Part shown: piece after piece, positions 1-13,862 of the stretch
Position numbering within the stretch: the first letter of the stretch is position 1
How the letters are laid out: the number at the start of each line of letters is the position of its first letter
NCBI GenBank assembly: GCA_963514005.1
Contig: OY740783.1
Span: 120,280,001-120,344,000, forward strand
Direction of reading: 5' to 3'
Origin: Raja brachyura
Taxonomy: Eukaryota
Length of the DNA: 64,000 nucleotides
Notes under the pieces: model-generated
Told to the model about the DNA's origin: nothing
Seen by the model: the letters and a program-made list of their open reading frames with translations, nothing else
The model's database searches: none
Translations under genes and position numbers: made by a program

Positions 1-1384
1 TGCCTGTCCCACTGAGTTACTTCAGCATTTTGTGTCCACTCGGGTTCGATCCTGTCCTTGGGTGCTGTCTGTGTGGTGTTTGCATGTTCTCCTTGTAACC
101 GTGTGGGTTCCTAAGATTTATCTCGCCTGCACAAAGTCATGCTGACTAGAGTTAATAACTCCATGCTTTTAAATGCATTAAATCCAATCCCTAAGAATTG
201 TCTCTGCTAGGTTCCCTACCATCAATGTAAGGCTCATCACTCTGTAATTTCCTGGTTTATCCGTTTTGTCCTTGAACAAAAGGAGCAACATTAGCTATTT
301 GCCCATCCTCTGGGATCTCGGCACTGGCTAAAGAGGATATGAAGATATCAGTTGCCCAATAATCTTTCCTCTTTCCTTTCTCAACATCGGTGTAAATCCC
401 ATCAGACCCTGAGAACATATCCATCCTTAATATTCTAAAAGAGACCCAACAAGTTCCCTGAAGTTGTAGAATTCAATATTAAGTCCAGACAGCTGCAACG
501 TGTCCAGATGAAAGAAGAGGTGCATCAGTCTGAAGAGGGGTCCCAACTGTTGCCGTCTCTTCATTTCCCCTCAGTGATGCTGCTTGACCAGCTGAGTTCT
601 TACAGCACTTTTGTTTTTCTGTTCCTCTAGCTTACACTGGGCCTCACTGGCACAATACAAGAGGCAAAAGAATGTAAGTTGGATGGGGAATTACAGTGGC
701 AGATGATAGAAAGCTTAGGGACATCCTTGCAGACTTAACACAGGTGATATGCAAAGCAATCACCCAGTCAGTGTTTTGTTTCTCCAATGTAGAAGAGAGC
801 TGCGAACGTTGAATGTTGGAATTGGAAGTTCTGCTTCACCTGGACTGTTGGGGTCCCAGGATGGTGTGAAGAGAAGAGGTGAACGGACATGTGTGGCATC
901 ACCTGCTGTTGCAAGGTAAAGCACCATAAGATGGGGTTGGTTGGCAGGAATAGAAGAGTGAACAAGGGAGATACAAAGCGAACGGTCCCTGCAAAATGCT
1001 GAATAGCGGAGAAGGGAAGATGTGTCGTGTGGCGGAGTCTCTTTGAAAATGGCAGAAATCACAGAGAATGAATGTAGAGGCTGGTAGGGTTGAAGCTGAG
1101 GATCAGGGGGGGAATCTTTCTTTGTTCTGTCTAAGTTAAAAATGTTAATGCCTTGGAAGTAGTTCAGAGAAGGCTTACGAAACTTGTCCTCATCAGATTT
1201 CAGAGAAGTTTGCCATATGACAAATGATTGGGCAGGCTGGGCTAGTATCTCTCAGAGTTTAGAAAAATGATAGGCAAGCTTGTTAATGCTGAAGGGCCTC
1301 ATTAGAGTGGATGTGGAGGTTGCTTCCCCTCATCGGAGAGTCTAGAACTAACTTTCATTTTGCCTGAGGTTGAGAGCACTAATT

Positions 1385-2231
1385 GTTGTGGACACATCAT
1401 GCTGGAGTAACGCAGCGGGTGAGGCAGCATCTATGGAGAGAAGGAATTGCCAATGTTTTGGGTCGAGACCCTTCTTCAGACTGATGTCAGGGAAGGGGGC
1501 AGGACACAGAAAGAATGTAGGTGGAGACAGTAAGACTAGTGGGAGAACTGGGAAGGGGGAGGGGATGGAGTGAGAAAGCAAGGGCTACCTGAAGTTAGAG
1601 AAGTCAATGTTCATACCGCTGGAGTGTAAATTACCCAAGCGAAATATGAAGTGCCGTTCCTCCAATTTGCACTAGGCCTCAATCTGACAATGCAGGAGGC
1701 CCAGGACAGAAAGGTCAGATTGGGAATGAGAGGGGAAGTTGAAATGCTGGGCCACCGGGAGATCAGCTTGGTTAATGTGGACTGTGGTTAATGTGGACTG
1801 AACGGAAGTGTTCAGTGAAACGATCGCCGAGCCTGCGCTTTGCCGCGCCGATGTGGACAAGTTGACACCTGGAACAGCGGATGCAGTAGATGAGGTTGGA
1901 GGAGGTGCAAGTGAACCTCTGCCTCACTTGGAAGGACTGTTTGGGTCCTTGAATGGAGCTGAGGGAGGAGGTAAAGGGACAGGTGTTGCATCTCCTGCGG
2001 TTGCAGGGGAAGGTACCCGAGGAGGGGGTGGTTTGTGTGGGAAGTGACGAGTTGACCAGGGAGTTACGGAGGGAACGGTCTCGGCGGAAAGCAGAAAGGG
2101 GTGGAGATGGGTGGATGTGGCCAGATCTTCCCATCTTCACACTACTGGCCTCATCGCCCCATCTCCACACCTTTCCGCTTTCCGCAGAGACCGTTCCCTC
2201 CGTAACTCCCTGGTCACCTCGTCCCTTCCCT
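1385..2231 (-). mobile_element. Penelope-like element 3' fragment (GIY-YIG endonuclease) with inverted 5' segment
   Basis: ORF 1772-2170: CNRRRCNTCP..FTCTSSNLIYCIRCSRC..HIG..KRRLGDRFTEH. 2159-2231 is the reverse complement of 2039-2111. Related decayed copies at about 460-1130, 29290-29560 and 46280-46530. Confidence 0.85.
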
Positions 2232-5200
2232 GTGACCTATTCACCCCACATTCCCATCAAATTCTCCCTGTTTCAATCACTCACAGAGAGTGGGTATAAT
2301 TTGCATCAACCAATTGACACCAACGACACGCATTGGAATGTAGGAGGAAGCTATGGGGACACCTATATGGTCACAGGGCGAATGTGCAAACTCCATACTG
2401 ACAGCACCCAAGATCAGGCAAGATCAGGATTGAACCCAGGTCTCTGTAGCTGTGAGGTAACGGCTCTACTCATTGTGCCTTTGAGTTACCTGCTTGATAA
2501 ACAAGAGGGTAAAAGATGAGTAGGGAGGACAGAAATATTGGGTTGAAGTTACAATCAAATTAACAATGATCTTATCAAATGACAGAACAGGGTTTGAGAG
2601 GCCAAACGGCTTCCTCCTACTAGTTCATATATTAACCAGGAGCATAGGAGGGTGGTCGTGTAATCTCTCTTTTGGGAGGATGATGGGACATTTAACCATG
2701 GCAAATAAAATGAAGTGTGGACTGGACAAGAACGTGGATCTAATAAACAGATCTACTGAAAGCAGGTTTCCATGGAAATGTGATTGTCCCGGGGTGACCA
2801 ATGATACTTGTGCCCGTGGCAACATGGGCTGACTTAACCCCAAAACTAACTCCAATACCAAATGACACACTAATGTTGAGAGTAGCAAGCCCAAATCTAA
2901 CCTATGGATTGGCTGCATGGAATGGTATAGGCTTTGGTTTAGTATTGTCATGTTTAGCGAGGTACAGCGAAAAGTTTTGTTTTGCAGGCTTTCCAAGTAG
3001 ATCAGATATACTATGCTAAATACATTCAAGCCAAACTCAAATACAATAGGTACTTGAGAGAAGGAGTAGAATATAGTTCTCAGCATTGTACGGCATCAAC
3101 ATGCACTTTAATGTTGACCACAATTCTGGGTATCTGCTTTTGAAACTTCCAAGGATGTGGCACCCCATTAATCTAAGCCTATCAAGTGATAACAAGAAGC
3201 TGGTTCTTCTTGTCATTTAAGTTGTTTTCTTTCAATGTTGAGATCTTACTGCGGATACTACTTCACATAGCGAGTGACTTTGCTGAAATGATAAAGGAAC
3301 TAAAGCCATTTGACTTCCACCTTCTCTTACTTCTGCTTTATTGGGATGGACCCTGACCGTTGTATGATGCAAGCCCGTCAGGGCTTCCACACACACACTG
3401 GCCAACTAACTTTGGGAAGCACTGGGTGAAGGAAGAGATGTGCTTGTCAAACATTGGTGGGACAATGGATTTGATGCCTCCAGATCTGCCTATTCCGATA
3501 AACTTTAGGCTAGCCTCCCTCATTGAACTCTCAGTGCCCTGTTCCTACTTACATCAATCCCTGTGTACGCTTCACCCTTGTCTTTGCTAAACAGCGTCCG
3601 TTCTTTAAAATTCCCTACCTGTGCTTTGAAATATCCTCCTATAACAGTCAGATGACTGTGTTCTTCCAAAAATTGGCTTCCTCATAACCTTTATTCCAGC
3701 TTCGGTGGTCCCATCTTCAGTTGCTTGGGGCCCCAGTTCTTCAATTCCCTGCCTGCTTCACTCACTCTCTTCCATTGAGATAGAATACAGCAAAGAAGCA
3801 AACCCTTCAGCCCAACTCATCCAAGCTGTCCAAGATTCCCAAATACACTCCTCCAATTTGCCTGCATTTGACATATTCCTTTAAACCTTTCCATGCACCC
3901 GTCCAAGTGTCTTTCAAATGCAGTTACTGCACCTGCCTCAACCACTTCCGCTGGCAGGTTGTTCTATATAATCATCACTCACTGTGTGAAAACGTTGTCC
4001 TTCAGGTGTATATTAATTTTTCCCCTCTCATGTTAGACCCTTGCCCACTAAGTTCTTGATTTTGTACAGTCTCCTGTACTTTAAGGAAAAAAGTCTCAAC
4101 CTGCCCAACCTCTTCCAATAACTCAAGTCCCAAATTGCAAAACCTCACACTGATTTTAATCAAACTCCATTTGCCATTTTTTGGCCAACTTATCCTGCTG
4201 ATCTGATCCTGCTATAATTCTTCATCAATTCTTCAATGTCTACGATACCAATTATTTTTGTGTCATTTGCACAATTACCTTATGTATTCTCAGCCAACAC
4301 CCATATCTGACCAAATGGTTCCTAAAGTGGGTCCTTCTGATGTCTGATGTGTGAACATTAGTAAAGCCTTATAAATCAGCCACATTAGTAGAGTCTTATA
4401 AATGCAAGCGATCTTTGTCATTTGAATACTTCTTGCTATGAGCAGAACTGAGGTTAGGAGCTAAGATGCAAAAGGTTAGTTTTTAAATTAATCACCTTAT
4501 ATGTGAAGGAAAAGGAGGAAATGCAAACAAGATGAACAATTCAATTGGTAGAATAGTAGATATTGAAAAAACGGATAATCCCACAAGCATTCACAGTAAA
4601 GAGGGGTTATCACCAAGATAGCTTTAATTATAAGAACTTTATTCACTGGTGGGTCCATAAATTAAATGATAAATCAACAGAACTGAAATGCGGTTAATAT
4701 CAGAGAGCAGAATAAGGATTGAAGGGGAATCATTCTCAGAAGGTAGACACTAGGAATTGCAGATGCTGGAATCTTGTGTACAACACAAAGTGGTGGAGTA
4801 ACTTAGCATATCAGGCAGTATCCGAGGAGAACATAGATTGGTGACATTTCAGGTCAGGACCCTTCTTCAGACTGATTGTGGTAGTGGAGAGAAAACTGCA
4901 AAACTTTGGGGGGGGGGGGGAGGTGTTAAAGCTTTGCAAGTGATGGTGGATAAGAGCAAGAGAGCAGCTGGAATCACAGAGGGGGAACAGTAAGAGGGTG
5001 TCACAGAACTCGATACAGAGAGAGGAGGAGATTTTCTTCAAAGTAGACATACCTTGTGGAGATATCGCAGTGGAGCATGAAATGTAAATACATGGAACTG
5101 CAAATGTTGAAATCTTGCGTAGATATTGTGTAGAATCATGTCTTCTCCTCCAAGAATAATCCATGAAAGACCAGATAGGCTGATACAGGTGACACCAGAA

Positions 5201-6675
5201 CTTGAAGTATGCGTAATTTATTCAAAGCCTCTTTACATCATTTAATTATGTTTTATCTCTGGATTTTTCAATAAAAGATGGCTACAATCCAGAGATAAAA
5301 CATCTCTTGAGATGCACCTTAAAAGGGTGACAGCTTTAATGTAAAATTATTATGCAAAACCAATATTATATACATTTAATACAATTCCGGCAGCAACATC
5401 CAATCAATAGATTGGCTTTCAGGTAGCAGAAAGACTTACATTTTGGCAGTCTTTTAATCTTCCCTCTGGAATAGGAGCTAGCAGAGTATTGTGAACAAAG
5501 AATGACGTCTATGATTTAATAATTTCTATATCATTCCTTAAGTTCACTGTGTGCAAAACACAGGGTAACTCCCTGATCTAATCTTGGTAAACTTGTACTG
5601 AGGTAGCACTGCACCATTACAAGGTGCATGCATTGAGAATAAGAGTCAATTAGTCATGTGCAACTTTATAGGACTTTGGTTTGGCTCCATTTGGAGTAGG
5701 GGTGCAGTTCTGGATGCCCCAATATAGGGAGCATGTGGATGCTTAGGAAAAGGTGCAAAGGAGGTTTACCGGAATGATGCTTGGATTACAGGGTATTAGC
5801 TATAAGGAGAGGTTTGTCAGACTTCTCTCTGGAATGTGGGTGGCTGAAGGGAGGCCTGATATTACTATATAGATTTATGCGAGGTGCAGATAGGATAGAC
5901 ATTCAGAACCTTTTCCCAGGGTGGGAAAATCAAAGACTACAGCGCATAGGTTTAAGGTGAAAGGAACAATGTTTAGAGGAGATGTGCGGAGGGTGGTGTT
6001 GGTTGGAATGTGCTGCCAGGGGTGGTGGTGAAGGCAAATATAATAGTGGCATTGAAGAGGCTTTTAGTTAGGCACGTCAATAGGCACATTGATATGCAGG
6101 GAATAGACAGATATGGACCATGTACAGAGAGATGAGATTAGTCTGAAGTAGGGTCCTGACCCGAAACGTCACCCATTCCTTCTCTCTAGAGATGCATTTT
6201 GTGTCTATGTTCGATTTAAAACAGCATCTGCAGTTCCTTCCCACATGAGATGAGATTAGTTTAGCTGGACATCATGTTTAGCACAGCCTTTTCCTGTGGT
6301 GCACCGCTGCATGTACCATATGTAATCACTGGGAAATCTGTAATCAAACAGCACAGAAACAGCCTCTTGGGCCCACTGAGCTGTGCCAATTGTCAAACAT
6401 GAATTTAGACCAATCCTATGTGATTCTTCCCATTGACCTCTGTCTCCCTGCCCTATAATTCTATCCCTGACCTACACACCAGGGAGAATTTATAGCAGCC
6501 AATACACCCACCAACCCAGACATCAGTGGGACGTGGGAAGAAATTGGAGCACCAAGAGGAAACCAACATGGTCACAGGGAAAACGTCCAAATGGCCCATT
6601 CTGTGCTGTGCATTCTCAATTTCAAAGCTGGAATATATTTGGTGATGTAGAAAAATTGGAAATTTATAGGTGATT

Positions 6676-7857
6676 AATAGACAATAGACAATAGGTGCAG
6701 GAGTAGGCCATTTGGCCCTTTGAGCCAGCACCGCCATTCAATGTGATCATGGCTGATCATCCCCAATCAGTACCCCGTTCCTGCTTTCTCCCCATATCCC
6801 CTGACTCCGCTATTTTTAAGAGCCCTATCTAGCTCTCTCTTGAAAGCATCCTGAGAATCCGCCTCCACTGCCCTCTGAGGCAGAGAATTCCATAGACACC
6901 ACTCTCTGTGAGAAAAAGTGTTTCCTCATCTCCGTTCTAAATGGCTTAATCCTTATTCTTAAACTGTGGCCCCTGGTTCTCGACTCCCCCAACATCAGAA
7001 ACATGTTTGCTGCCTCTAGTGTGTCCAAACCCTTAACAATCTTATATGTTTCCATGAGATTCCCTCTCATCCTTCTAAACCCCAGAGTGTACAAGCCCAG
7101 CTGCTCCATTCTCTCAGCATATGACAGTCCCACCATCCTGGGAATTAACTTTGTAAACCTATGCTGCACTCCCTCAATAGCAAGAATGTCCTTCCTCAAA
7201 TTAGGGGACCAAAACTGCACACGATACTCCAGGTGTGGTCTCACTAGGGCTCTGTACAACTGCAAAGGACCTCTTTGCTCTTATATTTGATTCTTCTTGT
7301 TATAAAGGACAACATGCCATTCGCTTTCTGCACTGCCTGCTGTACCTGTATGCTTACTTTCATAGACTGATGTACCCCAATCCCGTTGTACTTCCCCTTT
7401 TCCCAACTTGACACCATTTAGATAGTAATTTGCCTTCCTGTTTTTGCTACCGAAGTGAATAACTTCACATTTATCCGCATTAAACTTCATCTGCCATGCA
7501 TCTGCCCACTCCCCCAACCTGTCCAAGTCACCCTGCATTCTCATAGCATCCTCCTCACAGTTCACACTGCCACCCAGCTTTGTGTCATCTGCAAATTTGC
7601 TAATGTTACTTTGAATCCCTTCATCCAAATCATTGATGTATATTGTAAATAGATGCGGTCCCAGCATCGAGCCTTGCGGTACCCCACTAGTCACTGCCTG
7701 CCATTCTGAAAGGGACCCGTTAATCCCTACTCTTTGCTTCCTGTCTGCCAACCACTTCTCTATCCATGTCAGCACTCTACCCCCAATACCATGTACCCTA
7801 ATTCTGCCCACTAATCTCCTATGTGGGACCTTATTAAATGCTTACTGAAAGTCCAGG
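6676..7857 (-). mobile_element. CR1 LINE, 5'-truncated
   Basis: RT motifs SGVPQGSMLGP, KFADDTKL, LVRPHLEY; short tandem-repeat tail (aatagac)n. Confidence 0.95.
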
Positions 7858-9215
7858 CTATTAAGGAAATCAATAGATAATGAATTAGTGCAGGAACATG
7901 ATGCAGGGAAGGGATCATTATTACATTGAATAGTTCAGCAGCCACTAGAGGCTGAATGGCCTACTCATCCTAATTAAGACCTATCTTTCTTTTATCATCC
8001 CAGACATCCATGAAAAGCTGGAAAGACTGATGAGAAACTTTACAAGGCTATTGCCAGAACTCAAGGGCCTGAGCTATCAGGAAAAGTTGGGCTGCATAGG
8101 ACTTTATTCCTTGGAACACAGGAGGATGAGGGGAGATCTTATGAGGTGTATAAGATCATGACGGAGTAAACAGGTAAATGCACAGAGTCTTTTATCCTAT
8201 AGGAGTATAGGAGAATCATGAACCAGGATAACTTTGACTTTGGGAATATGTTTAAGGTGAGAGGAGAAATATTTAATGGGAATCTGAGGGACAACATTTC
8301 ACACAGAGGGTGGTAGGTATGTGGAACGAGCTGCCTGCGGTGGTGATTGATGCAGGAATGATCACAACCTTTAAAGGGCATTTGACAGGTACGTGGATGG
8401 GGAAAGTTGGGAGCAACATGGGCTAAACGCAGGCAGATGGGACTAGCATCAATGGGGCATGTAGTTGGACTGAAGAGTCTGTTTCCGTGCTGTATGAACT
8501 AATTTTAAGTTGCCAGGATCAGTAGAAAGACTGAAGAGAGGTTAAAAAGCCTGTAAAAAGAATGACTAATTGAAGTACAATGTAGAGTCAATCTGTGAGC
8601 CAGTAGTTATTTCACATCCCTATTTGCCCTTGAATTGAGGGGCTTGCTGAAGCATTTTCCCCAAGTACACATAGGAGTCACCCTTCCTTTCACAATTCCT
8701 CCAACCTACGCCCCCACCCAGACCTGCTGAGTCCCTGCAACAGATTGTTTGTTGTTCTGCGATCCACCCTTGCAGTGGGCCTCAACAGACGGAAGAACAG
8801 CTGATTTCCTTCTCCAAAAAGCAAACGTGTGCATTCTCACGACAAGATGATAGTTTCATGTTCTGAAGATGAGTAGGGGAAAGGTTTCCCCAAATACCCG
8901 GGCTCCAACATTCACTTTTCAATTATCCATTCATTACTATGTTTCAGAAGACTTTTGCTGTGCTTTGACTCCCTGTCTTACGATAGTGACTGCACTTCAG
9001 ATGCAGTTCGCTGGCAATGAATTGCTCTGGTTCGTCCTGGCACTGCAGACGATTTTTTGCCGAGGAACTCAAATGCACAGAAGCCTCCGAAGTGACACAG
9101 ACGTCCTACAGTGGGGCTCCCCCAGTTTGGGTCTCAAGCGTTCCAATTCAACTCATGATCTGTACCTTCAACGTTATCCGAAAATACCAGGGAGGTTTGT
9201 CATGCGCAGGAGGTT

Positions 9216-9277
9216 TTATTCTCCACTTGCATCCTCGGCCTGTTCTTTTGTATATACAACCGTTGCATAAATGCAGC
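9216..9277 (-). CDS. Siglec-15-like receptor, terminal coding exon (GCIYATVVYTKEQAEDASGE*) with ITIM-like motif
   Basis: Acceptor ttgtttatctttcag|; phase-1 entry in frame with exon B or repaired exon C; IYATV motif; TAA stop overlaps AATAAA; lies in non-repetitive sequence. Confidence 0.65.
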
Positions 9278-9428
9278 CTGAAAGATAAACAATTTCCATT
9301 TTAAGATTTTATGCTGTTATTGTAAGATTCTGCTACCTTGATTCAAAACATTGAGAACCATAGTTATACAACACGAAACCAGGCCCTTCGGCCCAACTTT
9401 CCAATGCCGATCAAGATGCTCCATATAC

Positions 9429-10461
9429 TAGGATGTTACAAAACTTACCTTGAGCAGCGCTGCAGTTCTGCCGCTCCCCGTGTGCGCCACTTTGGCGCCT
9501 TTCAGAGGGGGTTGGGCTTAAAGGTCCGTATTTCCACAGGCAGGAAAAATCAATGAATGTCGGGCGATTTCGTTGCGGAAGAAAAATCGCTCCGACATTT
9601 CATGAATGAAGGAATTTTTAAATTACTCTAAATTATTTGTTAACTAGAGTAATTTAAAAATCACCTTCAAAAGCCGTGAGAACTGACAACCGGAAGGATT
9701 TTGCGTAGGGGAGAAAAAAAGGTAAAGAGTTTATTTTTATATTAAAAGTTGTTTTTTCGGGAGGCTTTAATAATATTTTCATGTTGCGAAATGGGGTCCA
9801 AAAAAATGTATGAACAAACAGTATTTTTCCTCCCGACTTCACCGCTAACCGCAATGTTCCAATCCACCGCATTCCACTAAAACCCACTCGCTAGTTCATT
9901 TAAATGGCCATTAATTTACAGGAATCAACCACTAAATTCCTTCTATTTGGCCCAGAAATTCATGAAAATGAGATTTAATAATTATGTTATATTGTGGATT
10001 ATTGTGTGAATGTTATTTGGACACTTAGGCAATTAAAAAAAAGTTTATCTTTTCTTAAGAAATGGATAGATGTTTAGATCTACTCATTGAATTTTGTAAT
10101 TAGCTACACTTAGATAACTAACTAATTATATGCTTTAATTTCAGGTCATTCAAGTAAGATTGTTTCATATTTATTTCAGAATGCTTCAATCTATAATAAG
10201 TGAAAATTTCATTGAGTTCTATTAATTTTTAAGAAAGTTATGGGCTTTTAACTGATCCAGATCACAGCTTTTGAGTTAAGTCAATTGAAAGGCAATGGGG
10301 AACAAGATGCTAATTTCCGAGTATGAAAATGGCCATAACTTTCTTAATACTGAAGATATGAAAGTGAATTAGGTGTCAAATTAAACTTATTTTTATGCTT
10401 TATCTGATGGGATAAATTGCAGACTTGATTTTTAAAATCTCAAAATTTTGTAACATTGCTA
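9429..10461 (+). mobile_element. Non-autonomous hAT-like DNA transposon (copy 1)
   Basis: TIRs tagg-atgttacaaaa / ttttgtaacattgcta; catatac(t) target duplication; no coding capacity. Confidence 0.75.
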
Positions 10462-11639
10462 CATATACTCTAATCCTACATGCTTGTGTTTGGCCTATAT
10501 GCCCTCTTAACCTTTCCAATCCATGCACCTGTCCAAATATCTTTTAAATGTTGTCAGAGTGTCTGCCTCAACTACCTCCTGTGGAAGCTATTATACCATT
10601 CCATATACCATCACCCTCTGTGTGGAAAAGTTTCCTCTCAGGTTCCTAGTAAATCTTTCCCTTCGCATCTTAAACTTGTCCTCTCGCATTTGATTGCCCT
10701 ACTCTTGAAATAGATAGGTATGCAATCAACCTATCTATTCTCTTCATGAGAGGAAAACTTCTATTCTCTCAGACTCAGAGCCTATCCAGAACTGGAATCC
10801 TCTCTGCAAATTCAGTCAGCTTTCCACCCCAGACACAACATCCCCTCTCCACTATCATCTGATGGCCACTCTCTACAGTCTTTCACTCAAATGTTGGTTA
10901 CACAGGTATGATAAACCGATGACATGGTCATCCTGGTAGATTAGGGCTCCTTCTATTCTTCAATTGTGCCTGGCTTTCCCTGGACCTGCCGTCTCAATAT
11001 TAGATAATTGCTTGAATTCAACCCAGCTTGAGCAAGGCCAGGCTCTCTCACCCATCAGAGAACCAGCTTGTCAGAGACTCTCTCCTCTTTATTGTGGGTA
11101 CTCTTGGTCTTCTCATTGCCGGAGGGAACTTGCCCCATTCTGAAGCTCTTTGCTCCCACATTGACCCCTTCCCCCCATCATCCATCCAACCCCATGAGAC
11201 TGGGATCATCAGGTGTTTATAGAGTCAGAGTCATACAGTATGGAAACAGGCCCTTCGGCCCAACTTGCCCATACCTTCCAAGATGCCCATCTACACTAAC
11301 CCCACTTGCAGACATTTGGCCCATATGTCTCTAAACCAATCCATGTACCTGACCAATGTCTTTTAAATGTTGTCATAGTACCTTCCTTAACTACCCTCCT
11401 CTAGTAGCCCTGTCCACCACCCTCAGTGTGAAAAAGTTGGTCCTCTTTTTCCTATTATATCTTTTAGCTCTCATGTTAAACCCAAGTCATCTGGTTCTTG
11501 AGTTAAACCTATGTCCTCTGGTTGACAGCCGACTACACAGAGCCAAGCTACTGTCTGAGGAATCTTGTCGGCAGAATGTATGGAATAGGGAGGGAAGTTG
11601 GCCATTCAGCCACTCAAGACTGTTCTGCTATTCAACATG

Positions 11640-13380
11640 ATTGATGAAGAATATTGAGGCATTAGTCAAGCAAAAGGGGCATATGTCAGATATAGGCAGC
11701 TGGTAATCAAGCAAACTTCTCAAGTTTAAAGGGTGTAGGCTTACAATTTAGAGCAAAATCAGGAAGACAAAAAAGGGAAATGAGATAGCTATGGCAGATA
11801 ACATAACGGAGAATGCAGAGAAATTCTCAAAGTATATTAAGAGCAAAAGGCTAACTAAAGAGAATAGAATCAACATGGTCATCCATGGGAGATGGGCGAG
11901 GCTTTAAATTAACTTTTCCCATCTGTATTTATCCTGGAGTAGGTAATGGAAGTTAAGGAATTAAGAGTATTGAATTGTAATACATTGGAACATATCTACA
12001 TTACAAAAGAGGTGCTGGCAATTTATATTAAGGTAAATAAATGTCCAAGGTCTGATCAGGTGTATCCTAGAATATTGTGTTAAACTAGGGAAGAAATTTT
12101 CAAGTGCTCTGGCAGAGGCATTTGCATCATCTTTAACACAAGTGTGGTACTGGAAGATTGGAGGGTGGTTAATGTTGTGCCCCTATTTAAGAAGGTTCTG
12201 CAAGTACAAGACAGGGAACTACAGTGGTGAGGGAATTACTGGAGGGGATTTTGAGGGTCAGGATGTTAATTCTGGCCAAATTGGAGATGCCAGGACACTC
12301 AGATTGTGTAAAGGCTTCTGGCCATTAACCAAAAGGCTATAGGCCATTTGGTTAATTTAAATGTGCCTTCTGCAGAAATGGGCCAGATTGTCTAGAGCCT
12401 AGATAAGAGTTGCAGGGGACGAATGGGACTTCTGCGGATTCTTACAACTAGGTGTAAATTGCATGGAACGGTTTGGGTGAATGCAAACCAGACATACACA
12501 TTGTTAATATTGTTACAAAGCTTTACTTTGATAGATGTTGATTGGATTAAGTGTTGAGCCTTGTCTGGGTTTCTTGAATATCTGGACAAATGTTGCTATG
12601 TTAGCTTCCTTCCAGAAGCTCTGTTTGAATACAATGTATTGGTTAATGTATTATTGGGTTAGGGAAATGTCTATCATGTACTGTGTTAATCGATATCCGT
12701 TATTGGACTGTAAAGAGACCACCCCCATATGGTCCAGCCCCTCAAGGTTCAGGGAACAATAAAATGTAGCTCCCACGAGGTCCTGTGTCCCTTCTGGGAG
12801 AACGGTTAGGGCTGCGTGACCGTTTGGAGTGTCTCTGCTTGCACGAGGCTAGGAGGGCTTGGCCCAGCAGATACAAGGATCGAACCTACGGTGGTTAGGT
12901 ATTATAGTGGGGAACTGTTATTGTGTTTTTCCAAAATAAAATTTAGATGCACAAGTGCTTGACTCAGTATCTTATTGACTGAAACTAGACTGGGGGGAAG
13001 CTTAGTACGAGCTTTACAAGGATGTACAAGGTTGTACACGGATTTGCAAAGGTAACGACTGATGAGGGATAGTTAGCATGGCTTAGTGTGTGGAATTTGT
13101 GTGTGACTCATGAATTTGACTGAGCTTTTGACGAGGCGATGCGTCTATTGATGAGGGCAGAGCTGGTACACATGGCCTGCATGGACGTTAACAAGGCCTT
13201 TGCCAAGTTCTCACATGGCTTACTAGTCTGGAAGATTAAATCACATGAGGTCTAGGGTGAATGAGCCAATTGGATATGAATTTGGCTTGGTGGAAGGTGG
13301 TGGTGATGGGTTGTTATTCAGACCGGAGGCCTGTGACTAGTGGTGTAACACAGGGTTTGGTGCTGGGCCCACTCAGTATG
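11640..13380 (+). mobile_element. Old CR1 LINE remnant hosting the LTR insertion
   Basis: Decayed CR1 ORF2 (cctagaatattg, tggaagattggagggtggttaatgttgtgcccctattt, gtgactagtggtgta..gtgctgggccc) continuing across the LTR. Confidence 0.7.
12264..13018 (+). mobile_element. Solo LTR of an ERV-like LTR retroelement
   Basis: TG...CA termini; 4-bp TSD AGGA on both sides; AATAAA near the 3' end; homologous to 26537-27295. Confidence 0.85.
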
Positions 13381-13777
13381 AAATGGGTTTAATGTGTTCC
13401 CAAGGGGTGTCCTCACAGATGTGCGTATTTTGCCGCTTACGGTGTGATTGGTGGTCCTTACCAGTCTCCTCCTCTTTGCAGCGAGGTCTTTGAAAGTGCA
13501 CGTTGCTGTAGAGAGTGTTATTCTGAGACTCCTGGGGATCTGAAATGAACACAGATTGTTAGTGCACTCCAACATCTCTCCCCCACTGTATTCTATCAGT
13601 CAAACCGCCCACTCCCATTTCAACGACATTGGGACATGGACATGGATTGGAATGGTGTAAAAGGACATGGGCCAAATGCAGGCAGTTTGAACTAGTGTAG
13701 ATGGGGCATTTTGGTCGGCTTGAGCAAGTTGGACCAAAGAGCCTGTCTCTGTGCTCTATGACCCTATGAGTCCCCAC

Positions 13778-13862
13778 CATTGATTATCACTGCCTCTTGC
13801 CTGTTCCGATTGCCGCTCCTATAGTGGTCCATCTTTTGCCAAGACTATTCTTCACCCTCATT
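13778..13862 (-). pseudogene. Truncated duplicate of cytoplasmic exon C
   Basis: High identity to 28043-28128; acceptor and 5' part missing (abuts ERV internal sequence); CAG changed to TAG stop. Confidence 0.7.

Larger units (their letters stand above)
12264..13862 (+). repeat. Segmental duplication, copy A (copy B is 26537-28128)
   Basis: Colinear LTR, CR1 flank, SINE fragment and exon C, roughly 85-90% identical by eye. Confidence 0.9.

Noticed and set aside
8876-8891. GGGGAAA-gg-TTTCCCC, NF-kB-like palindrome
   Set aside because: Spacing does not fit the 10-11 bp kB consensus, and it is short enough to occur by chance.
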